A stretch of 64,000 bases of DNA from Bdellovibrionales bacterium. GTDB lineage: Bacteria; Bdellovibrionota; Bdellovibrionia; Bdellovibrionales; UBA1609. The position numbers were made by a program, and so were the translations under genes. Shown here one piece after another: positions 58,750 to 64,000 of this stretch. Numbering within the stretch: the first letter of the stretch is position 1; the number at the start of each line of letters is the position of its first letter. The DNA lies in contig OZ241877.1 in NCBI GenBank assembly GCA_965203095.1, positions 832,001 through 896,000 on the forward strand, given 5' to 3'. A model generated the notes under the pieces. That model saw only the letters and a list, made by a program, of their open reading frames with translations, ran no database searches and had not been told where the DNA came from.

Positions 58750-60552
58750 ATGGCTTATGAAGCATTGGCCCGCAAGTGGCGACCTAAAAATTTTTCTGAA
58801 TTGGCTGGCCAGCCGGCCGTCCGTCAAACTTTAACCAACGGCTTGAGGCAAAACCGCATTTATCCTGTTTTGCTTTTTACAGGTCCCAGGGGAACAGGCA
58901 AAACCTCAACGGCCCGAATTTTAGCTAAAAGCTTAAGATGTCAAAAAAAGAAAGAGTTAAAACCTTGTGATCAGTGTGAGGACTGCCTGTTAATCCAAAA
59001 CAGTCGTCACTTAGATGTGATGGAAATTGACGGTGCCAGCAACAACGGGGTGGAGGCTGTTCGTGAACTGAGGGACACTATCAGCTATATGCCTTCCACT
59101 GGCTCTTGGAAAATTTATATTATAGACGAAGTGCACATGCTATCTCACAGTGCCTTCAATGCCTTACTCAAAACTTTAGAAGAGCCCCCCTCTCATGTTC
59201 TTTTTATTATGGCCACTACGGAGAGCCATAAGATCCCCACCACCGTTTTGTCTCGTGCCCAAAGGTTAGATTTTCATAATTTGTCGCCACAACTCATTAA
59301 AAAGCAATTAGAAAATATAAGCCAAAAAGAAAAGCTGAATGTTCCAGAAGAGGTTTTATGGCTTATCGCCCGCCAGGCCCGTGGATCTTTAAGAGATGCA
59401 CAAAGCCTTTTAGATCACCTGCTCACTTTTTGCGGAGAGGATCTAACAGTTGAAAGTGCCTCCCGGCTTTTAGGCTTAAGTGATCCTCATGTTTTATTCC
59501 AATGTCTTCAAGCCCTAATCCACCAAAAAGAAAAGGCTATGATAGAGCTTATTGAAAGTTTGAGATCTAAAGGGGCAGAGCCTTCACTTTTTTTACAAAG
59601 CTTAATAGAGACTATTGCTAATTGTTTATTTTTAAAAAGAAATCCAGAAAATCGCCCGGAGCTGGCACAGATCTCTAAAGAAGAAATAGAGAGGATAAAA
59701 AAAGAACTGGCCTTTATCAGCTATGAAGATCTCCATTTCCTGTTTGATATGATGTTAAAGGGGCAAAAAGAGCTGGCTTTTTGTCATGACAGCCAGTTGA
59801 CCTTAGAAATTTTGCTTTTGAGATTTTGCCATGCCCCTCGGTTAGAGAGCCTGGCCCCATTAAAGCCCTTATTTGAGCCTGAAGGAAAACCTCTTCTTCC
59901 CAATAAAAAAACCAGCCTAAAGCCTAATAAAAAAACAGATTCTATAGATTCCCGTTTGCAGGAGAAAAACATGTCTTCTTCCTCTCTGGCAAAAAGCCCG
60001 GAGCCTCCTTTAAAAAAGCCCAGCCCAAAGTTCAGCAAAAAAACAGATCTTATGGATTCCCGCGTTCGCGAAAATGACATGCCTTCTCCTCCTCCACCGG
60101 AAGAAAAGTTAAAAACTGCTATTCCCGCAAAGTCTGTCACTCCCGATTCAGACTGGCGTTTTAATTTTTTGGATTTTTTGAAAAAAAAAGACCCGGCCTT
60201 TTCTGCTGTGATGGAAAATTTAATTTTAAAACAAAAATCCCAGCAGTATTTTTCCCTTAGCCTTCCAGAGGGGGCTTTTTCCTATTTGAGCAATAAAATT
60301 AAAGAACCGGCTTTTCTCCGTCTTTTAGAAAATCAGTTGACAAAATTTTTTAATCTCAAAGAGCGAGCACAGGTAGAGGTTCAAAACAATTTAGAAAAAC
60401 ATTTGAGTTTAAAAGCAAAAAAAGAGCTTATAGAAAAAGAGAGCCTGCTTTCTCAAGCTGAAAAAGATCCTTTTGTTCGTGAAGTTAAGGATATTTTTGG
60501 TGGCGAGATCAAACCTGCGGGAAAATCAAATAAAAAGTCGGGAAAGGATTGA
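58750..60552 (+). CDS. dnaX: DNA polymerase III subunit gamma/tau
   Basis: ARKWRP, GPRGTGKT, EIDGASNNGV, IIDEVHML, NALLKTLEEPP. Confidence 0.97.
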   Translation: MAYEALARKWRPKNFSELAGQPAVRQTLTNGLRQNRIYPVLLFTGPRGTGKTSTARILAKSLRCQKKKELKPCDQCEDCLLIQNSRHLDVMEIDGASNNGVEAVRELRDTISYMPSTGSWKIYIIDEVHMLSHSAFNALLKTLEEPPSHVLFIMATTESHKIPTTVLSRAQRLDFHNLSPQLIKKQLENISQKEKLNVPEEVLWLIARQARGSLRDAQSLLDHLLTFCGEDLTVESASRLLGLSDPHVLFQCLQALIHQKEKAMIELIESLRSKGAEPSLFLQSLIETIANCLFLKRNPENRPELAQISKEEIERIKKELAFISYEDLHFLFDMMLKGQKELAFCHDSQLTLEILLLRFCHAPRLESLAPLKPLFEPEGKPLLPNKKTSLKPNKKTDSIDSRLQEKNMSSSSLAKSPEPPLKKPSPKFSKKTDLMDSRVRENDMPSPPPPEEKLKTAIPAKSVTPDSDWRFNFLDFLKKKDPAFSAVMENLILKQKSQQYFSLSLPEGAFSYLSNKIKEPAFLRLLENQLTKFFNLKERAQVEVQNNLEKHLSLKAKKELIEKESLLSQAEKDPFVREVKDIFGGEIKPAGKSNKKSGKD

Positions 60553-60583
60553 CAAAACTCTTTTGGTTTTTTCAAATAAAATA

Positions 60584-61183
60584 ATGAAAGGTTTGCCTTC
60601 TCTTCAATCTTTGCTTTTTGAGTTGGAAAAGCTCCCCGGAGTAGGCCCCCGGAGTGCTCGCCGTCTCACAGAGCATCTTTTAAAAACAGAAGATCAAAAT
60701 GTATTCAAACTTTCTCGTGCCCTTTTGGATTTGAAAACCAAAATCCAAAAATGCACCCAGTGCTTTAACTTCACACAAGAGCAAGCGGTTTGTGCTCTGT
60801 GTGAGGATCCTTCGCGAAACCCCGATTTGCTCTGTGTGGTGGAGCAAGCTTTTGATGTTTTTAGGATAGAGGCTTGCGGGACTTTTAAAGGTCGCTATCA
60901 TGTCCTTCACGGGGCACTCTCCCCACTCCATCAGATTCATCCTAAGGATTTAACCTTGAAGGAGTTAAACTGTCGGATCCAAACTCAGGGGGTTAAAGAG
61001 TTAATACTGGCCATCGACTCCGATTTAGAGGGGGACACAACAGCTCTTTATATTATGAAAAACTTTCAAACTCCAGGTTTAACCATCTCCCGTTTGGCCC
61101 GTGGCATCCCTTTTGGAAGTGATCTATCTTTTGTGGATGACAAAACTTTAGGCCAGGCTCTTGAAAATCGAAACAGCCTTTAA
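60584..61183 (+). CDS. recR: Recombination mediator
   Basis: LPGVGPRSARR, C4 zinc finger, YHVLHG, EGDTTA, RLARGIP. Confidence 0.95.
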   Translation: MKGLPSLQSLLFELEKLPGVGPRSARRLTEHLLKTEDQNVFKLSRALLDLKTKIQKCTQCFNFTQEQAVCALCEDPSRNPDLLCVVEQAFDVFRIEACGTFKGRYHVLHGALSPLHQIHPKDLTLKELNCRIQTQGVKELILAIDSDLEGDTTALYIMKNFQTPGLTISRLARGIPFGSDLSFVDDKTLGQALENRNSL

Positions 61184-61749
61184 TGTCTATTATCAACACT
61201 AATGCTAAAGAAATTCATTGTAAAATTCTGTATTGTGGGCCTCAGCACTCAGGTAAAAAAAGCTCTTTACTTTGCATAAGAGATCAATTTGAAGAGGGAA
61301 AAAGGGATTTTTTTATTCTTCCCTTTCAAAAAGAGATTTATTGCCTTGTCCTTTCAGTAGGGCCTGTTTTTGCTTGCCAGACTTTTTTTCATATTTATAA
61401 CTTGAGCAATGAGTCGAGAAAAGATAACGAAAATCTTTTAAGAGGCTTAGACGGGATTGTTTTTGTCGCGAGTCAAGATCTCAGGGACCGGGAGAAAAAT
61501 ATCCAATCCTTTTCGGAAATGGTGTCAATTTTACAGGCTGAGGGGCGAAACCTCTTTCATACCCCTTTGGTTTTGCAGTATAATAAAAAAGATTTAGCTG
61601 AAACTCAAAGCATTAAAGATTTGAGGATGGATTTGAACCGATACAATAACAAAGATTGTGAAAGCTCCGCCTTAAAGGGCCAAGGGGTTTTAGAGCCTTT
61701 AAAGCATGTGTGCAAAAGGATTTTAAACAATTTAAAGCATGTGAATTAA
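61183..61749 (+). CDS. mglA: MglA-like small GTPase with degenerate G1-G3 motifs
   Basis: IINTNAKEIHCKILYCGP, GLDGIVFVA, VLQYNKKDL; directly after recR. Confidence 0.8.
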   Translation: MSIINTNAKEIHCKILYCGPQHSGKKSSLLCIRDQFEEGKRDFFILPFQKEIYCLVLSVGPVFACQTFFHIYNLSNESRKDNENLLRGLDGIVFVASQDLRDREKNIQSFSEMVSILQAEGRNLFHTPLVLQYNKKDLAETQSIKDLRMDLNRYNNKDCESSALKGQGVLEPLKHVCKRILNNLKHVN

Positions 61750-61864
61750 TTTATGACTGTATGTAATAGAATATAAGTATTTTCCAGTCTGTAGTTTAGT
61801 TTTCAGGGCAAAGTCCTATATTTATTAGGTAATATAAAGAAGCTGGCCTTAAGCTAAAAAATAT

Positions 61865-61892
61865 TAAAGCTTTTTTGTTAAATTGCCGATAG
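61865..61892 (+). promoter_or_regulatory. Putative sigma28/FliA promoter
   Basis: TAAA-N16-GCCGATAG, 10 nt before the ATG. Confidence 0.6.
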
Positions 61893-61902
61893 GTTAAAAG
61901 CC

Positions 61903-62844
61903 ATGTTCAAAATAAACAATTGGAATCCGATTTTCTGCCTTAGCCTTGTTGTCATTTGGACAGCTTGTGCCCCATTGCCTCCCCCGCCGGGAAGTCAGGC
62001 AAATCAGGTGAATCGGGATGAAAAAGAGTATGACAAAAGGAAAAAGCGGGATAAAGACCGAGATGATGTGCTCAAATCAGCCAGAAAAGGCCCTGTTTGC
62101 AGTGATGAAGAGAATAGGGAGCACAAATGCAAAAAGCAGTGCCGGGACATTTATCCTCGAAGAGGGGATAGGGAGGAATGCTTAGATCTTTCCATAAAAC
62201 AAATTGACCGATTAAGCCAACTGCATGAATTGTTAGAAAAACCCTACAGCGATAAGCTGATAGAGGATATTGACCCCGATGATTTTAATGTTTTTCTCAA
62301 ACTCTCTATTGCTCCTTGGGATAAATTGGTTGAGGATTACAGCTCAAAACAAGCTAAACAGGTTTTTGTTTGGCTTATAAAAAGCCCGGATTCAGCTAAA
62401 ACTTTTGAAAAAGCGGACGATGATCAAAAAACTTTAAATGTCCTTCTCAAAAGGCTCGCCAGTTTTACTGGGAACAATCATCATGAGCCTTTTACAGTCC
62501 GGATAGATCGGAGAGAAAACCTTATGGAACAGGCTGTGAAGTCTAATAAAGCCCTCGCAGAATGGTTTGTGGAGTATATCAACGAGCATAATGGCTATTG
62601 TGACAATAACGATGAATTGAGTTTAAATTGCTTTAAAGTCTACTGCAAAATTGCTAAAAGTATGGATGAGGATAGCCGGTCAACATGGCTGAACATAAAA
62701 AGCTGGACAGCCTACATTGACGACATCATTAAAGAAGGGACTAATGGTGCAAGACGCCCCTCCTCCAGTGAGTGGGATACAGATGAGATTGAAAGCTCTG
62801 ATGATTTGACAGACTGGTATACGGACCTCTGCCCCCCTGTTTAA
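61903..62844 (+). CDS. Cys-rich acidic lipoprotein, tandem paralogue 1 (hypothetical)
   Basis: Lipobox WTAC; C..EH.C...C.DIY...C motif; aligns along its length with the ORF at 63040. Confidence 0.8.
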   Translation: MFKINNWNPIFCLSLVVIWTACAPLPPPPGSQANQVNRDEKEYDKRKKRDKDRDDVLKSARKGPVCSDEENREHKCKKQCRDIYPRRGDREECLDLSIKQIDRLSQLHELLEKPYSDKLIEDIDPDDFNVFLKLSIAPWDKLVEDYSSKQAKQVFVWLIKSPDSAKTFEKADDDQKTLNVLLKRLASFTGNNHHEPFTVRIDRRENLMEQAVKSNKALAEWFVEYINEHNGYCDNNDELSLNCFKVYCKIAKSMDEDSRSTWLNIKSWTAYIDDIIKEGTNGARRPSSSEWDTDEIESSDDLTDWYTDLCPPV

Positions 62845-62983
62845 TCATTCCTGTATTTAAGAGAATATAAGTAAATTCAAGGCTATGGTTTATTTTTCAG
62901 TTCAAAAGTCATGGATGGCTTTTTATAGTGAGAAAATAGGCTTAAGCTTATTTTGTGAAATCGGAAGGTTTTTTAAAAAAAAT

Positions 62984-63011
62984 TAAAGTGAACTGTTCTA
63001 CCTGCCGAAAA
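62984..63011 (+). promoter_or_regulatory. Putative sigma28/FliA promoter
   Basis: TAAA-N16-GCCGAAAA. Confidence 0.5.
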
Positions 63012-63039
63012 GATAATTAGCTCAACATTGGGAGGTTTT

Positions 63040-64000
63040 ATGAACTTTTTTAAATTTATGGGCTTAGCCCTACTTTTTACCTTTTTATTGGCTTGTTTTG
63101 GGGGCAATCAAGCACCAAAACAACAAGATACCGGAGAACCTATTCGAGACGATACAGATTATGACAGAATCAGACGCAATGATACCGACCGGAAAGAGGT
63201 TTTAACCCGCTCTAAAACAAGATACACAGGGCGAGCCTGTGAGGATGAAGATCGGGACCACGACTGTAAAGACTCATGCAAAGATATTTACACAAGGCGA
63301 GCTGATAAAAAAGATTGTGAGGAGTTGCCTGTGGATCAAGTGGCCGCCCTGGAAGAATTGCATGATCTTTTAAAAAGACCAAGCGAAAGGGACTTAGGGG
63401 AGGTGGATTTTGAAGACTTTGATGTCTATCTCAATATCTCCATTCAACCTTTAGATAAGCTGATCAGGAAATACAGCAAAACCAGAGCCAAAGCCTTTAT
63501 GTTTTGGTTGATAGAAAACGAGGATGTGGCTCAAGTTTTTGAAAAAGAAGATGATGAGTATAGTGCTCTTAAATCTCTTCTTGATGAAATCTCTTCTGCT
63601 GATTGCGATGCTGATGCTGAAATGTATAAATGCTTCACAGCTAAGGTGGATGGCGGTGATAAACTTATGGAATTAGCCATTGACACCGGAAATGAAGATA
63701 TTATGGAGTGGTTTATGGATTTTATCAATGAAGAACACAGTGGTTGTGAAAGTGATAGCAATGAATCTCAAAAAAAAGCTTGCTTAACAAATTATTGTAA
63801 AATTGGTGCCGGCATAGATGACGAATATCGAGAGGGCTGGCTCGATTTTGAGCATTTTGAAGATTACATTGAAGATGTGATAAGTGAAGGAGTCAACAGT
63901 AATGCCGAAGTCACAAGCGGTGTTATATCAACAGATACCAACGATGGTGCTGATGTAGCCACTTCTAAAAAATGGTGCCGAGGGTCTTTTACCGAAGAAC
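63040..64000 (+). CDS. Cys-rich acidic lipoprotein, tandem paralogue 2; runs off the window and is absent from the ORF track
   Basis: SD GGAGG, MNFFKFMGLALLFTFLLAC lipobox, CEDEDRDHDCKDSCKDIY...FDVYLNISIQPLDKLI; open to the window end. Confidence 0.85.
   Translation, partial: MNFFKFMGLALLFTFLLACFGGNQAPKQQDTGEPIRDDTDYDRIRRNDTDRKEVLTRSKTRYTGRACEDEDRDHDCKDSCKDIYTRRADKKDCEELPVDQVAALEELHDLLKRPSERDLGEVDFEDFDVYLNISIQPLDKLIRKYSKTRAKAFMFWLIENEDVAQVFEKEDDEYSALKSLLDEISSADCDADAEMYKCFTAKVDGGDKLMELAIDTGNEDIMEWFMDFINEEHSGCESDSNESQKKACLTNYCKIGAGIDDEYREGWLDFEHFEDYIEDVISEGVNSNAEVTSGVISTDTNDGADVATSKKWCRGSFTEE

Noticed and set aside
63531..63761. 76-aa minus-strand ORF
   Set aside because: Antisense to the lipoprotein CDS starting at 63040

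Overview
AT-rich bacterial chromosomal window. The dnaX-recR-mglA order without mglB, plus csrA, rny, a type IV pilin and LysM lytic transglycosylases, suggests Bdellovibrionota/Oligoflexia (inference). Most of it is housekeeping: pstSCAB-phoU-phoBR, serA, mltG-mreB, nadE, cmk-rpsA-sppA, rpmE2, rny, pdxH, RNase P RNA, rpoN, rpsB-tsf-pyrH-frr-uppS, xseAB-ispA, menBACE, rsmE, csrA, dnaX-recR-mglA. Main accessory observations: (1) a cassette present twice (13.6-19.1 kb, +; 36.9-41.2 kb, -) made of a palindromic element, a sigma28-type promoter, a giant secreted Cys-rich HExxH metalloprotease and one or more small exported partner proteins; the first copy is broken at a G7 tract; (2) five dispersed copies of a hairpin element with a near-invariant 27-nt loop on three different covarying stems, some inside MITE-like terminal repeats; (3) a second palindromic family that has also entered dnaX in frame; (4) an orphan adenine methyltransferase, a degenerate MglA, a divergent RpoN box, two probable ATT/ATC starts, an internally deleted ATPase relic and a tandem Cys-rich lipoprotein pair. 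All calls were made by eye from motifs; no database searches were run.
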